Sequence record: NZ_AP019754.1
Source: a plasmid
Strand: one strand, 5' to 3'
DNA length: 64,000 nucleotides
In this document: piece after piece, positions 1-10,969 of the stretch
Layout of the letters: each line of letters begins with the position of its first letter
Position numbering within the stretch: position 1 is the first letter of the stretch
Position numbers and translations under genes: made by a program
Notes under the pieces: generated by a model
What the model was told of the DNA's origin: nothing
Databases searched by the model: none
Seen by the model: the letters and a program-made list of their open reading frames with translations, nothing else

Positions 1-1001
1 GTGGATTGATCGGCGACTTTTATCATATTGATACCATGCGGTAACTGGCTGGCGATAATTGCCATCCGCTGATTGAGTGCCTGGCCAAATCTGAGCATGT
101 TGCCAGAAGGGGCCATGGAAACCGCCAGCCCAATGGCGGGCTCACCATTGACACGAAAGGTGGAAGAGGGTGGCTGTGAGGGCTGAAGCGAGATCGTCGC
201 AATATCCGACAGCGGGATAAAGCGCTGACCAATGCGCAGTGTAACCGCCTCCAGGTTTGCCACCGTCGTCAGCGCACCGCTGACACGAAGCGCAATATTC
301 TCTTTATCGGTGCGTATTTCCCCCGCGGGCGCCACGGCATTCTGCGCCGTTAATGCATCGCTGACTTGCTGAAGCGTAAGGCCCATACCATCCAGCTTCC
401 TGGGTGAGAAGGCGATAACAATCTGCTCCTCCTGTTCACCCAACAGGGTAATTTTGCCCGTATCAGGCACATCCATCAGGTCACGACGAATATTATCGAC
501 CTTATCGCGCAGTTCGCGTGGGCTGAAGCCATCGGCGGTAAAACCATAAATGGTGCCAAACGTATCACCAAACTCATCATTGACGCCTGGGCCCTGAACG
601 CCTTGCGGCAGGCTTGGGGCGATATCCTGCATTTTTTTCCGGATCTGGTACCAGATGGTTGGAACCTGTGCCGGGGGCGTATCATCGCGCAGATTAACAA
701 ATATCACCGTCTTGCCAGCCCGCGTTTCACTTTCAATAAAATCCAGCGAAGGCGTTTCCTGAAGCTTTTTTTCCAACGTATCGGTGACCAACTGCATGGT
801 GTCTTCGACCGTGGCGCCAGGCCACTGTGCCGACACCACCGCCGTTTTAATCGTAAAGGCGGGATCTTCATTACGCGGCAGATCGATGTAGCTGAGAACA
901 CCCGTCGTCATCACTAACAGCATAAAGAAGATCACCAGCTGCTGGTGCGCTAGCGCCCAGGCGGACAGGTTAACGCCGTGCAGAGTGCTGTCCGGTTTCA
1001 T
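1..1001 (-). CDS. RND (HAE1-family) efflux transporter permease subunit, N-terminal part; gene runs off the window start
   Basis: Manual translation of the minus strand from the ATG at 999-1001 gives MKPDSTLHGVNLSAWALAHQQLVIFFMLLVMTTGVLSYIDLPRNEDPAFTIKTAVVSAQWPGATVEDTMQLVTDTLEKKLQETPSL... with no stop down to position 1. This is a typical AcrB/MdtB-like N-terminus (TM1 then periplasmic porter domain). The ATG overlaps the upstream MFP stop (ATGA). It is absent from the ORF track only because it has no in-window stop. Confidence 0.75.
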   Translation of the reverse strand, partial: MKPDSTLHGVNLSAWALAHQQLVIFFMLLVMTTGVLSYIDLPRNEDPAFTIKTAVVSAQWPGATVEDTMQLVTDTLEKKLQETPSLDFIESETRAGKTVIFVNLRDDTPPAQVPTIWYQIRKKMQDIAPSLPQGVQGPGVNDEFGDTFGTIYGFTADGFSPRELRDKVDNIRRDLMDVPDTGKITLLGEQEEQIVIAFSPRKLDGMGLTLQQVSDALTAQNAVAPAGEIRTDKENIALRVSGALTTVANLEAVTLRIGQRFIPLSDIATISLQPSQPPSSTFRVNGEPAIGLAVSMAPSGNMLRFGQALNQRMAIIASQLPHGINMIKVADQS

Positions 1002-2128
1002 TTGTCGTTCTCCTCAAGCCTGACGCGCTCGCCTGGCAGCAATGTTTTTACGCCTGCGGTGACCACGCGCTCGCCCGGCTGCACGCCAGCGCTGAGATAG
1101 ATCTGCTGTGCATCAAACCGCGTCAGTTGGATGGGCCTGACCTGAATCTGCTGGGTTTTGCTGTTAACGACGAAGACGGCAGGCCGCTCCCCGGCTCGCG
1201 TGAGTGCACTGGCTGGCAGCGCAATGACCTGGTCCACTTTTCCGGGAAAAGTGCCCAGTACCGTTGAACCCAGTGCCATATCGGCTGGCGGATTGGTCAG
1301 CGTCACGCGAAGCCGCCAGGTGCGGGTTTGTGAATCGGCCTGCGGGCTGATATCACGAAACTGCCCGTCCGCCTTCAGCGCAGGATTGGATAACAGCGCG
1401 ATCCGGATCGGCGTGGTTGTCGCCTTTTCTGTGAGTGTAGGTTCGGCGAGGTCAAACACGGCATCGCGCTTGCCGTCGGCTGCCAGCGTCATGACCGTCT
1501 GCGCCGCACTCACCACCTGCCCGGGCTGAACGTTTATCGAGGTGATCACGCCGTCACGCGGTGCGGTGAGCTGTGTCCAGGCCATATTATCGCGCGCATT
1601 TTTAAGCGCAGCCTCACTGCTTTGACGGCGGGAAACGGCGACCTGCCAGTCACCTTGCGCGCTATCTAACTGCGCGCGGGAGATGGCACCGCCCGGCATG
1701 AGCAGCTTCATACGGTGAAGCGTGAGAGCGGCAACGCGCTCCGATGCCCGTGCACTGTTGAGATCGGCCGTCGCGCTGCTGAGCTGATTTTGGGCAGCGT
1801 TACTCTCTAATGTCGCAAGCACCTGACCTGCGGTAACGTGCTGACCCATATCGGTCGTTCGGGCGGTTACCCGACCCTCCAGTCTGAACGCTAACGCTAT
1901 TTCTTCGTGCGCCCGGATCTCACCCGTTTGCGTCATAAGACCGCCACTGGAAAAGGGCGGTACCGTCAGGGTACGGACGGGACGTAGCGTGTCCCGCTGG
2001 GCAGGCTTTTCATCTCTACACCCTGCAAGTATCAAGATGCCCACCACGAACAGTGGCGGTACAGCAGCGTTGAAGAGGGTGAGGTGGCGCAGCGCCTGGC
2101 GAGCAAAACAAGGAATAAAATCTGTCAT
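998..2128 (-). CDS. RND efflux membrane fusion protein (HlyD/AcrA family, predicted lipoprotein)
   Basis: 386-aa ORF. The internal ATG at 2128 is preceded by AAGGAA and gives MTDFIPCF...LAGC (lipobox) followed by coiled-coil/beta-barrel MFP-like sequence. Its stop overlaps the RND permease start. Confidence 0.8.
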   Translation of the reverse strand: MTDFIPCFARQALRHLTLFNAAVPPLFVVGILILAGCRDEKPAQRDTLRPVRTLTVPPFSSGGLMTQTGEIRAHEEIALAFRLEGRVTARTTDMGQHVTAGQVLATLESNAAQNQLSSATADLNSARASERVAALTLHRMKLLMPGGAISRAQLDSAQGDWQVAVSRRQSSEAALKNARDNMAWTQLTAPRDGVITSINVQPGQVVSAAQTVMTLAADGKRDAVFDLAEPTLTEKATTTPIRIALLSNPALKADGQFRDISPQADSQTRTWRLRVTLTNPPADMALGSTVLGTFPGKVDQVIALPASALTRAGERPAVFVVNSKTQQIQVRPIQLTRFDAQQIYLSAGVQPGERVVTAGVKTLLPGERVRLEENDK

Positions 2129-2261
2129 AGCCGGATTCCTTAAATGAGACAGCCTCATTTAACGTGGCTTATGTCCAGAATCCTTTTATGAATCATCAAG
2201 AAATGGTCAAGGTCAGCAAAAATGCCTGGCGCAGGGCGCGCAGGCTTCACTTTTGCCGGTC

Positions 2262-3449
2262 CTACTCTGCTGGCAGGCTTTCTATTATGGGCAGCGTAAT
2301 CATGATGTGTAATCCTCCTTCAGGCGGCAGGCTGGCACGGATAGCACCGCCGTGAGCCTCAACGATGGCTTTCGCAATAGACAATCCCAAACCGCTCCCG
2401 CCAGAATGACGGGCCCGGGAGGAGTCTGCCCGGGTGAAACGGTCAAAGATAATGCTTAAGAACTGAGGATCGACACCCGGACCATAATCACGAAACTGCA
2501 GGGTGATGGCGGAGTCTGAGGCGTGCGCATCAATGGAAATTCGCTTGCCTTCGGCCGCATAGCGCAATGCATTCTCCATTAAAATCGTGATCACCTGACC
2601 GAAGCGGAAAGCATCGCCCGTATAAGGCAGCGATGTTGGTGACTGAACATCTATTTCCACCTGCTCAGCCTCCGCCTGTAGCGCCAGCCAGGAAGCCCTT
2701 TCCCGCATCAGGTCAGCAAGATTAAACCGGGACAGATTCAGGCTCAGCTGACCGGCATCGGCTAGCGACAGCAGATGGAGCTCGTCTGTCAGCCGGCTCA
2801 GTTGCGTCAGCTGCTTCATAATCATGGAAAACTGCCGAGGTTCGGGTTCAAACACGCCGTCCACAATGCCCTGTAGTCGCCCCATGGCCGCGGTTAAGGG
2901 CGAGCGGAGTTCATGAGCAATCGCAACATGTGAGGCTTTGAGTTCACGCTCATAGCGCGCCAGCTGCTGGGTCATCAGGTTAAAGTCATCGGTGAACCGC
3001 ACTAACTCCTGCGGCGCGCCTTTTACCTGACCGACCGAGGTGCTGAATTTTCCCCGTGCGACATCACGCGCCGCGTGCGCCAACTGGCTGAATTGTTTTG
3101 CCAGCGGTAAGGCAAAGCGCAATCCCATCACCACAAAAAAGGGAATAATGAAAGCGACCAGCACGGCTACGGTAATCCAGTCCGAAGACGCAATAGAAGG
3201 GTCGGAAAAGCCAACGCCCCACCATTGATCGACGATCTGATGAAAGCGAGCCGGATCCTGCTCCGGATGCAGGCGCAGTTGGGAAAACTCTGCCCAGAGT
3301 GCGGCGGGCATACGGTAGTAAACCCAGAGTATTTGCAGGGCAAATCTCAGCCACATGCAAAAGGCGATAAGAATCACGCCGCCTAAGCCGAGAATCAGTA
3401 TGCGGATACAGATCCAGCGCCACATTGAATCGTTGCTGTCTGGCTTCAT
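2262..3449 (-). CDS. two-component sensor histidine kinase (TM-HAMP-HisKA-HATPase_c)
   Basis: 395-aa ORF with two N-terminal TM segments, an H-box (HELRSPLTA) and G-boxes (GGSGLGLSIA). It overlaps the upstream response regulator stop by 4 bp. Confidence 0.8.
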   Translation of the reverse strand: MKPDSNDSMWRWICIRILILGLGGVILIAFCMWLRFALQILWVYYRMPAALWAEFSQLRLHPEQDPARFHQIVDQWWGVGFSDPSIASSDWITVAVLVAFIIPFFVVMGLRFALPLAKQFSQLAHAARDVARGKFSTSVGQVKGAPQELVRFTDDFNLMTQQLARYERELKASHVAIAHELRSPLTAAMGRLQGIVDGVFEPEPRQFSMIMKQLTQLSRLTDELHLLSLADAGQLSLNLSRFNLADLMRERASWLALQAEAEQVEIDVQSPTSLPYTGDAFRFGQVITILMENALRYAAEGKRISIDAHASDSAITLQFRDYGPGVDPQFLSIIFDRFTRADSSRARHSGGSGLGLSIAKAIVEAHGGAIRASLPPEGGLHIMITLPIIESLPAE

Positions 3450-4138
3450 GGTTGTCTGAACCTGTAACCCACGCTGCGCACTGCGGGTAAAATATTCGTC
3501 ATCCCTGCGGCCTCAAGCTTGCGGCGGAGATTGTAGACGTGCGTATCAACGACGCGTTCAAGCGCATCACTCTCTGGCAGACAGTTCTCGAGCAAAAACA
3601 GTCGGCTGAACGGGCGAGTGGGTGCGCGCATTAAGGTCACCAGAATGGAAAATTCCGTTGGCGTCAGATCGAGTCGGTGAGTGCCTTGTGCATTGTTAAC
3701 CACCGCGGTCAGGGAGTCAGGATCGACCTCCAGCCCTGCCCAGCAGAGCTTATCATCCGCCACTTTCGCTTGCCGCGCGCGGCGCAGTACGGCCTGAACA
3801 CGCGCGACCACCTCGCCGGGATGGTAGGGTTTAACGACATAGTCATCTGCGCCATAGCGCAACGCGCCGATTCTGTCTGGCGCGTCTCCCATCGCGGTTA
3901 CCATAATAACGGGCGTGTCACCGCTGCGTCTGATCGCGGCCAGCACTTCGGTGCCATTCATCACCGGCAGCATGACGTCCAGCAATATCAGGTCAGGTTG
4001 CCAACGCCCGACCTGTTCCAGCCCCGTCATGCCGTTACTGGCGACCATCACGTCATAGCCATCACGTTTCAGATAGGCTTCCAGTACGCTGGCGGCATCA
4101 GCGTCATCTTCAATAATCAATACGCGTTTTGTTTTCAT
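3446..4138 (-). CDS. OmpR/PhoB-family response regulator (receiver + winged-helix)
   Basis: Receiver motifs (VLIIEDD, LILLDVMLP, KPY) and a C-terminal winged-helix output domain (VYNLRRKL...GYRF). The ATG at 4138 is preceded by AAGGTGG, and a GTG 9 nt upstream is also possible. Confidence 0.85.
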   Translation of the reverse strand: MKTKRVLIIEDDADAASVLEAYLKRDGYDVMVASNGMTGLEQVGRWQPDLILLDVMLPVMNGTEVLAAIRRSGDTPVIMVTAMGDAPDRIGALRYGADDYVVKPYHPGEVVARVQAVLRRARQAKVADDKLCWAGLEVDPDSLTAVVNNAQGTHRLDLTPTEFSILVTLMRAPTRPFSRLFLLENCLPESDALERVVDTHVYNLRRKLEAAGMTNILPAVRSVGYRFRQP

Positions 4139-4288
4139 TTGGGCCACCTTGACCGTTTCTCCATCGTTTCCTGGGCTTTTGTTGACACGCTGTTTTTATA
4201 CTCCAGCCTGGTCGCGACAATGTCGCCTTCATGACACCACCTGATGAGATCAAGCAAAGTGATAATAACCGGAAAACATGCGCTTCAC

Positions 4289-5050
4289 ATGGTCAGTTTA
4301 ATGCTGACGCTAAGTGCCCTGAATGCCAGGGCAGATGACAGTTCTGCGCCAGAAAACAGCCTGACAGTGGGTTTGGCGGCAAACAATGCACCACGTTACA
4401 GCGGGGCGAAACAGCATCACTGGCAAGCCGTTCCGGTTATTCAGTGGCGCGAGGGGCCGATATTTTTTGATTCTCAGAAAGGGATAGGTTACGACTTACA
4501 GGCTGAAAACGGCCTTTACCTGGAGCATACACTGGGATTGAGTCTGGGTCGCTCAGACCGTGATTCGTCGTGGCGAGCAGGGGACGACAGCCTGAAAGGC
4601 ATGGGGAATATCGATCCGGTTGTCAATACCGCCCTGGCTCTCGGCTGGTCGGTAACGCCCTGGTTTATCGTGGAAGGAAAAGCGACGCTTCCGCTAAGCG
4701 ACAGCCAGGGTGTTCAGTATCAGACATCGGTCACCCTCATTCCATGGCAGACGAAAAGTGACACTGTAGCATTGCAGATAGCAGGACTGTTTGGGGATGC
4801 GCGCTATATCAACACGTTTTACGGGGTAAGCAGGGAGCAGCATGTCCGAAGCGGGTACGCCGATTACACCACCCATGGCGGCTTCTATGGGACGGATGCC
4901 AGTGTGACATGGAGCCATCAGTTTGCTTCAGGATGGGGAACCAGTTTAATCGGCGATTACAACTGGCTGGATAAAAACGCGGCGGACAGTCCAATTGTCT
5001 TCCGCCGCGGGGGGGCCTCCGTGACGGCGGCAATCACCTACTCATTCTGA
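4289..5050 (+). CDS. mipA: MipA/OmpV-family outer membrane protein
   Basis: Signal peptide (MVSLMLTLSALNARA), alternating beta-strand pattern and a C-terminal ...AAITYSF ending in Phe, typical of the MltA-interacting protein family. The start could be at 4244 or 4289. Confidence 0.7.
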   Translation: MVSLMLTLSALNARADDSSAPENSLTVGLAANNAPRYSGAKQHHWQAVPVIQWREGPIFFDSQKGIGYDLQAENGLYLEHTLGLSLGRSDRDSSWRAGDDSLKGMGNIDPVVNTALALGWSVTPWFIVEGKATLPLSDSQGVQYQTSVTLIPWQTKSDTVALQIAGLFGDARYINTFYGVSREQHVRSGYADYTTHGGFYGTDASVTWSHQFASGWGTSLIGDYNWLDKNAADSPIVFRRGGASVTAAITYSF

Positions 5051-5138
5051 CAGGCCAGACCAACAGGATTGTCTGGCGGCTACGGGCGCTGAGTTCCTGT
5101 GAGGGTTAAGCCAACCCCCAAAACAGGTCTGTCAGCGC

Positions 5139-5423
5139 TTAGCCTTTATGGCATGCAATCCGGTCATAGCCTGTTGGCGATTTCTTTGCGGCTGCTTTGC
5201 GCTTTTTGCTGTTGATCTTAGGCAGCCAAATCCTGAACTGCTCAGCCAGCAGTCTCGCCTGTTGTTCATCAACCGTCCGGCAAATAAACAGCTTACTCTT
5301 GGTCTGATGCGTCACATCAGTGGCATAAATTTCGTAGCTGCTGCCGCGCTGATCGTATTCGATGTCGGTGAAATGCATGTGTGGCCACAGGCCAGTTCTG
5401 ACCTCAAATTTGCTCAATTCCAT
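5139..5423 (-). CDS. hypothetical protein with basic C-terminal tail (KKRKAAAKK)
   Basis: 95-aa ORF from the ATG at 5423. The longer 133-aa version would need a TTG start. No recognisable domain and a weak RBS. Confidence 0.3.
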   Translation of the reverse strand: MELSKFEVRTGLWPHMHFTDIEYDQRGSSYEIYATDVTHQTKSKLFICRTVDEQQARLLAEQFRIWLPKINSKKRKAAAKKSPTGYDRIACHKG

Positions 5424-5599
5424 GTTTGTTACCGTTAAGTTATTGCTGTGATTAATGTCGTTATCCCTGGTCGGGCCAGTAAATGTAGAACAAATTAGGA
5501 TTTGTGCCAGTGCGAGGCAAAATTTTTCCGTATTTTTCAAGAGTGATGTGTAAAATCAAGGTATTACCCTCTAATGCAGACTGGTCTTAAGGAGAAAAA

Positions 5600-5911
5600 A
5601 TGATTGTCAGGACATGGCACGGATGCGTTCCGCGAGAACATGCCGAAGGGTTTGCCCGCCATCTACAAAAGACGGGTGTTGAGCACGCCCTGGCGACGCC
5701 AGGGAATAAAGCCGCTTTCGTGCATCAGGAAACGCAGGGAGAGTGGCAGCATTTTTTTCTGGCGACGTACTGGGAGGATTTAACTGCAGTGAAAAAGTTT
5801 GCGGGTGAAAATTACCACGTCGCCGTGACCTGGCCGGATGATAAGGCCTTTGCCTTAGTCTCTGACCCCTATGTTTTCCAGCATCAGGTGAGCGAAATCG
5901 TGCCGCTGTAA
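5600..5911 (+). CDS. small cytoplasmic protein, possibly an ABM/Dabb-like fold (hypothetical)
   Basis: 103-aa ORF with a strong RBS (AAGGAGAAAAAATG). It is divergent from the preceding hypothetical gene. Confidence 0.45.
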   Translation: MIVRTWHGCVPREHAEGFARHLQKTGVEHALATPGNKAAFVHQETQGEWQHFFLATYWEDLTAVKKFAGENYHVAVTWPDDKAFALVSDPYVFQHQVSEIVPL

Positions 5912-5946
5912 ATGCTCAATATCGGTGCGCCTGCCGGTTGATGAAA

Positions 5947-6375
5947 TCAGCCGACAGGCTGACAAAAGCGGAGAAGATAGCCGTCGGGGTCCTGAACCAG
6001 GAACTCTTTTTGACATTCGACGCGTTCCCCCGTGTCGTAACAATTTTCGCGTAGCGGCCGAAAGAGGGGCGTACTCAATCTGAGCAGACGACTGTAGAGC
6101 GTCTCGATGTCCGGAACGTCAATCTGTAAGTTTATTCCTCGTCCCAGAGGATAGGCCATTTCAGCGGTGAGCCAACCGCCTTCGTGTACCTGTTCAATCA
6201 TTAGCTGTACTTGACCATAACAGAGATAGGCAAAGTCAGGATTCTCGCGCCTGATTCTCACCTTAAAACCGATCGCCTCCACGTAAAAAGCCCAGGATGC
6301 CGCAAAATCCGTCACGGCAAGTTCAGGCACCATCGGGTTCCAGTATTGAGTGGCTGAGGTTTCATTGGGACGCAT
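5947..6375 (-). CDS. VOC (glyoxalase/bleomycin-resistance/dioxygenase) family protein
   Basis: Sequence from the ATG at 6375 (MRPNETSATQYWNPMVPELAVTDFAASWAFYVEAIGFKV...) fits the paired beta-alpha-beta-beta-beta VOC fold pattern. The upstream part of the 205-aa ORF is probably not translated. Confidence 0.55.
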   Translation of the reverse strand: MRPNETSATQYWNPMVPELAVTDFAASWAFYVEAIGFKVRIRRENPDFAYLCYGQVQLMIEQVHEGGWLTAEMAYPLGRGINLQIDVPDIETLYSRLLRLSTPLFRPLRENCYDTGERVECQKEFLVQDPDGYLLRFCQPVG

Positions 6376-6647
6376 GGTTACGGGTAACACCCTGAATTTC
6401 AATAAAATTGTGGTTAAGCGAAATTTTCTGTCGAATAAAGCGGGCCAGACGACTAATAAATAACGCGATTCACCTCTGTGACTTTCCCCGATCGTAGCGA
6501 TTCTGTCAATTTTGTCCTCAGCCTTTTTTGAACGCCAAACTGTCTTTTTAGTACCTTCACGCAACTGTCAAACATATCTGTTTATTTAATGTGATTAGTC
6601 TGGTAAAAGTGAGAAATATCATGTCAATTTGTTAATTTCTCAAGGTG

Positions 6648-6664
6648 TTTAATGTTTGGTTAAG
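6648..6664 (+). promoter_or_regulatory. PmrA(BasR)-box-like direct repeat (TTTAAT-N5-GTTAAG) upstream of arnB
   Basis: Matches the YTTAAK-N5-YTTAAK consensus bound by PmrA at arn/pbgP promoters. It lies about 200 bp upstream of the arnB ATG. Confidence 0.4.
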
Positions 6665-6866
6665 GTTCCGGGCGTATGATTTGAGACCGGTGTGAAATAA
6701 ATATTTTTCTAATGTTTTATTTCTCTTGCCAGATTTTTGTGATTTTGCCTGTTTTTTGCCGATTTTGACGACGTTTGATGAACGTTCAATTGCATTTTTC
6801 TCACTTTTGCATTTCAAAATTCATCTCAGTTTTTAGAAAAACGGCAAAACAGTTTAAGGATATTAC

Positions 6867-8006
6867 TTGATGGCGTTTCTTCCGTTTTCCCGCCCATCTC
6901 TGGGTGAAACTGAACTGTCTGCAGTACGTGATGTGTTTGCATCGGGATGGATTACTACTGGGCCAAAATGTGCAGAACTTGAGCGTGCATTCTGCCAGCT
7001 GACCGGAAATCAACACGCTATCGCCGTGACTTCCGCCACCGCCGGTATGCACGTCATGTTGATGGCGCTGGGCATTAAGGCAGGGGATGAGGTTATTACC
7101 CCTTCACTGACCTGGGTTTCCACACTCAACATCATCACTTTACTGGGTGCCACACCGGTCATGATCGATATTGACGTCGATAACCTGATGGTCACGCCTG
7201 AAGCCATTGAAGCGGCAATCACCCCAAATACCAAAGCGATCATCCCTGTCCACTACGCTGGCGCACCCGCCGATATCGATGCCATTTATGCTATTGGCAA
7301 ACGCCATGGCATTCCGGTCATCGAAGATGCGGCACATGCGGCCGGCACGTATTACAAGGGCAAGCATGTTGGCGGGCATGGAAATGCTATTTTTTCATTC
7401 CACGCTATCAAAAATATGACCTGCGCCGAGGGTGGTCTGGTCGTGACCGACGATGCTGCCCTTGCCGATCGCATCCGTAGCCTCAAATTTCATGGCCTTG
7501 GCGTCGATGCCTTTGACAGACAAACCCATGGCCGTCAGCCGCAGGCGGAAGTCATCATGCCCGGCTTTAAATACAACCTGCCTGATATCAGCGCGGCCAT
7601 TGCGCTGGTCCAACTTGAAAAGTTGCCTGAAATCAACCAGCGCCGCGCGGCCATTGCGCAACGCTATCTGGAGGCGCTGAAAGATACGCCCTTCAAGCCG
7701 CTGGTTCCGCCCGCCTGGTCGCACCAGCATGCGTGGCATCTCTTCATCATCCGTGTGGATGAGCAGGCATGTGGTTTCTCTCGCGATGCGCTGATGCAGA
7801 AGCTTAAAGAGCAGGATATCGGAACCGGCCTGCATTTCCGCGCGGCCCACACACACAAATATTACCGCGAGCACTATCCGCAATTATCGTTGCCCGCGAC
7901 TGAGTGGAACAGCGAACGCATTTGTTCGATTCCGCTGTTTCCCGACATGACAGATGATGACGTTGAACGCGTTATCAGCGCACTACGTGAACTGACTGGG
8001 GTTTAA
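6867..8006 (+). CDS. arnB: UDP-4-amino-4-deoxy-L-arabinose--oxoglutarate aminotransferase
   Basis: 379 aa, collinear with E. coli ArnB (FLPFSRP..., TSATAG, PLP-lysine region [13 protein letters not shown]). Confidence 0.95.
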   Translation: MMAFLPFSRPSLGETELSAVRDVFASGWITTGPKCAELERAFCQLTGNQHAIAVTSATAGMHVMLMALGIKAGDEVITPSLTWVSTLNIITLLGATPVMIDIDVDNLMVTPEAIEAAITPNTKAIIPVHYAGAPADIDAIYAIGKRHGIPVIEDAAHAAGTYYKGKHVGGHGNAIFSFHAIKNMTCAEGGLVVTDDAALADRIRSLKFHGLGVDAFDRQTHGRQPQAEVIMPGFKYNLPDISAAIALVQLEKLPEINQRRAAIAQRYLEALKDTPFKPLVPPAWSHQHAWHLFIIRVDEQACGFSRDALMQKLKEQDIGTGLHFRAAHTHKYYREHYPQLSLPATEWNSERICSIPLFPDMTDDDVERVISALRELTGV

Positions 8007-8987
8007 ATGTTCGACGATAAAGAGATTGAAAAAGTATCGGTAGTGATCCCGGTCTATAACGAGCAGGAAAGTTTACCGGCATTAATTCAGCGCACGAATG
8101 ATGCCTGTAAAAGTCTTAATCTGGACTATGAGATCCTGTTGGTTGACGACGGGAGCCAGGATGCATCAGCCGTAATGATTGCTGACGCCGCCTCGCTGCC
8201 GGACAGCCATATTGTGGCTGTGCTACTTAACCGTAATTATGGCCAGCACTCCGCGATCATGGCGGGCTTCAGTCACGTCAGTGGAGATTTGATTATCACG
8301 CTGGATGCAGACTTGCAAAATCCACCTGAAGAGATCCCGCGTCTGGTGGCTGCCGCCCAGGAAGGCTATGACGTTGTGGGCACCGTTCGCCAGAATCGCC
8401 AGGACAGCTGGTTCCGCCGTCAGGCATCACGCACCATCAACCAGATGATTCAGCGCGTGACCGGAAAATCGATGGGTGATTATGGTTGCATGCTGCGGGC
8501 TTACCGTCGCCACATCATTGATGCCATGCTGAACTGCCACGAGCGCAGCACGTTTATTCCTATTCTGGCGAATACCTTTGCACGACGCACGATCGAATTG
8601 CCCGTCACTCATGCTGAACGTGAGCACGGCAGTTCAAAATACAGCTTCATGCGCTTAATCAACCTGATGTATGACCTGGTGACCTGCCTTACCACGACCC
8701 CGTTACGCATGCTGAGCGTGCTCGGCAGCCTTATTGCGCTGACTGGTTTTGCCTTCTCCGTGGTGTTGATTCTTCTGCGACTGTGTTTCGGAGCAGCCTG
8801 GGCCGGTGATGGCGTCTTCGTGTTATTTGCCGTGCTGTTTATTTTCATCGGCGCGCAGTTTATTGGTATGGGGCTGCTTGGCGAGTATATCGGCCGTATT
8901 TACAACGATGTTCGTGCCAGACCTCGCTATTTTATTCAACGTGTTATCAATCCTCAGAAAGACCGTTCTGTACAGGAAACCGAGTAA
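8007..8987 (+). CDS. arnC: undecaprenyl-phosphate 4-deoxy-4-formamido-L-arabinose transferase (GT2)
   Basis: 326 aa, GT2 motifs (VIPVYNE, DDGSQD, DADLQN) and C-terminal TM helices. Adjacent to arnB. Confidence 0.95.
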   Translation: MFDDKEIEKVSVVIPVYNEQESLPALIQRTNDACKSLNLDYEILLVDDGSQDASAVMIADAASLPDSHIVAVLLNRNYGQHSAIMAGFSHVSGDLIITLDADLQNPPEEIPRLVAAAQEGYDVVGTVRQNRQDSWFRRQASRTINQMIQRVTGKSMGDYGCMLRAYRRHIIDAMLNCHERSTFIPILANTFARRTIELPVTHAEREHGSSKYSFMRLINLMYDLVTCLTTTPLRMLSVLGSLIALTGFAFSVVLILLRLCFGAAWAGDGVFVLFAVLFIFIGAQFIGMGLLGEYIGRIYNDVRARPRYFIQRVINPQKDRSVQETE

Positions 8988-10969
8988 TGAAAACTATCGT
9001 CTTCGCTTATCACGACATGGGTTGTGCGGGCATCAATGCGCTGTTAAAAGCGGGCTTTACCATCAGCGCGATCTATACCCATGCCGACACGGCGTCAGAA
9101 AATCACTTTTTTGGCTCAGTGGCGCGAATCGCGGCTGAAAATTCTATCCCGGTTTATGCTCCGGATGAAGTTAACCATCCTCTGTGGATCGATCGCATCA
9201 AATCGGCTGAACCCGATGTGATTTTCTCTTTCTATTACCGTAACCTGCTGTGCGATCAGATTCTGAACAGTGCGAAGCAGGGTGCCTTTAACCTTCACGG
9301 CTCACTGCTGCCAAAATATCGCGGACGCGCACCATTAAACTGGGCGCTGGTCAACGGAGAAACCGAAACCGGTGTCACTTTACACCGCATGGTTAAAAAA
9401 GCGGACGCGGGCGATATCATTGCTCAGCAGCGTGTCGCCATCGCCGATGAAGATAACGCACTGACGCTGCACCGCAAGCTGGTTGACTGCGCCAGCGCGC
9501 TTCTTGAAAGTGCTTTACCTGCCATGAAACAGGGCAACATCGTTGGCACCCCGCAAAATGAAGCGGACGCCACGGTAGTGGGTCGTCGTACGCCAGAAGA
9601 TGGCCGGATTAACTGGGCGCTGCCTGCCAGCCAAATTAATAATCTGGTGCGTGCGGTGACCGATCCGTGGCCGGGCGCGTTTGCCTTTGCCGGCACCACC
9701 AAATTCGTGGTCTGGAAAGCAAAAGTACTCTCCACCCCGCATAACGTCAGGCCCGGCACCGTGCTGTCTGCAGAGCCATTTGTCGTGGCCTGTGGAGAAG
9801 GCGCCCTGGAGATTCAGACCGGCCAGACCGCAAACAGCGTGTACATGAACGGTGTTCAGCTGGCTCAGCATCTGGGCATGGTGAATGGCGCACTGCTTTA
9901 TTCACAGGCCGTTGCAGCCGTAAAACGCCGTACCCGTGTCTTAATCCTGGGTGTGAACGGATTTATCGGTAACCATCTGACCGAACGTTTGCTGCAGGAT
10001 GACAATTTCGAAGTCTTTGGTCTGGATATTGGTTCTGATGCGATTAGCCGGTTTGTCGGACATCCACGCTTCCAGTTTGTTGAAGGCGACATCAGTATTC
10101 ACTCTGAGTGGATTGAGTATCACATCAAAAAATGTGATGTGATCCTGCCCCTGGTGGCCATCGCAACACCGATTGAATATACCCGTAATCCGCTGCGCGT
10201 TTTCGAACTGGATTTTGAAGAAAACCTCAAAATTGTTCGCGACTGCGTTAAATACGGCAAACGCATTATCTTCCCCTCGACGTCTGAAGTGTACGGCATG
10301 TGTACCGATGCGAATTTCGATGAGGATCACTCAAATCTGGTCGTGGGTCCGATTAACAAACAGCGCTGGATTTATTCCGTTTCCAAGCAACTGCTGGATC
10401 GCGTTATCTGGGCTTACGGGGAAAAAGAAGGGCTGCGCTTTACCCTGTTCCGTCCTTTCAACTGGATGGGCCCGCGCTTAGACAACCTGAACGCGGCGCG
10501 TATTGGGAGTTCACGTGCGATCACTCAGCTGATCTTAAACCTGGTGGAAGGATCGCCCATCAAGCTGTTTGATGGTGGTCGCCAGAAGCGTTGTTTTACC
10601 GATATCAGCGACGGTGTCGAAGCGCTGTTTAAAATTATTGAAAACAAAAACAATAATTGCGACGGACAAATCATCAACATCGGTAACCCGGATAACGAAG
10701 CCAGTATCAAAGAGCTGGCTGAGCGTCTGCTGGAAAGCTTTGAACGTCATCCGCTGCGTGCCAGCTTCCCACCGTTTGCCGGCTTCCGCGAAGTGGAGAG
10801 CAGCAGCTACTACGGCAAGGGCTATCAGGATGTTGAACACCGTAAGCCATCAATCCGTAATGCTAAACGTCTGCTCGGCTGGACGCCTACCGTGGAAATG
10901 AACACCACGATTGATAATACGCTCGACTTCTTCCTGCGTACCGTTGAGCTTCAGGACGACAAGGAATGA
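8987..10969 (+). CDS. arnA: bifunctional UDP-glucuronic acid decarboxylase / UDP-Ara4N formyltransferase
   Basis: 660 aa with an N-terminal formyltransferase domain ([17 protein letters not shown]) and a C-terminal SDR decarboxylase domain ([10 protein letters not shown]). Confidence 0.95.
   Translation: MKTIVFAYHDMGCAGINALLKAGFTISAIYTHADTASENHFFGSVARIAAENSIPVYAPDEVNHPLWIDRIKSAEPDVIFSFYYRNLLCDQILNSAKQGAFNLHGSLLPKYRGRAPLNWALVNGETETGVTLHRMVKKADAGDIIAQQRVAIADEDNALTLHRKLVDCASALLESALPAMKQGNIVGTPQNEADATVVGRRTPEDGRINWALPASQINNLVRAVTDPWPGAFAFAGTTKFVVWKAKVLSTPHNVRPGTVLSAEPFVVACGEGALEIQTGQTANSVYMNGVQLAQHLGMVNGALLYSQAVAAVKRRTRVLILGVNGFIGNHLTERLLQDDNFEVFGLDIGSDAISRFVGHPRFQFVEGDISIHSEWIEYHIKKCDVILPLVAIATPIEYTRNPLRVFELDFEENLKIVRDCVKYGKRIIFPSTSEVYGMCTDANFDEDHSNLVVGPINKQRWIYSVSKQLLDRVIWAYGEKEGLRFTLFRPFNWMGPRLDNLNAARIGSSRAITQLILNLVEGSPIKLFDGGRQKRCFTDISDGVEALFKIIENKNNNCDGQIINIGNPDNEASIKELAERLLESFERHPLRASFPPFAGFREVESSSYYGKGYQDVEHRKPSIRNAKRLLGWTPTVEMNTTIDNTLDFFLRTVELQDDKE

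Noticed and set aside
603-917. 104-aa plus-strand ORF and several short minus-strand ORFs in 23-917
   Set aside because: They lie inside and antisense to (or out of frame with) the RND permease gene. That gene translates cleanly for about 330 codons on the minus strand, so these are shadow ORFs.
8806-10901. Multiple 60-130-aa ORFs on both strands inside arnA (for example 9941-10330, 10535-10840)
   Set aside because: They are internal to a well-supported 660-aa ArnA reading frame. They show no independent signals and are frame-shadow ORFs.
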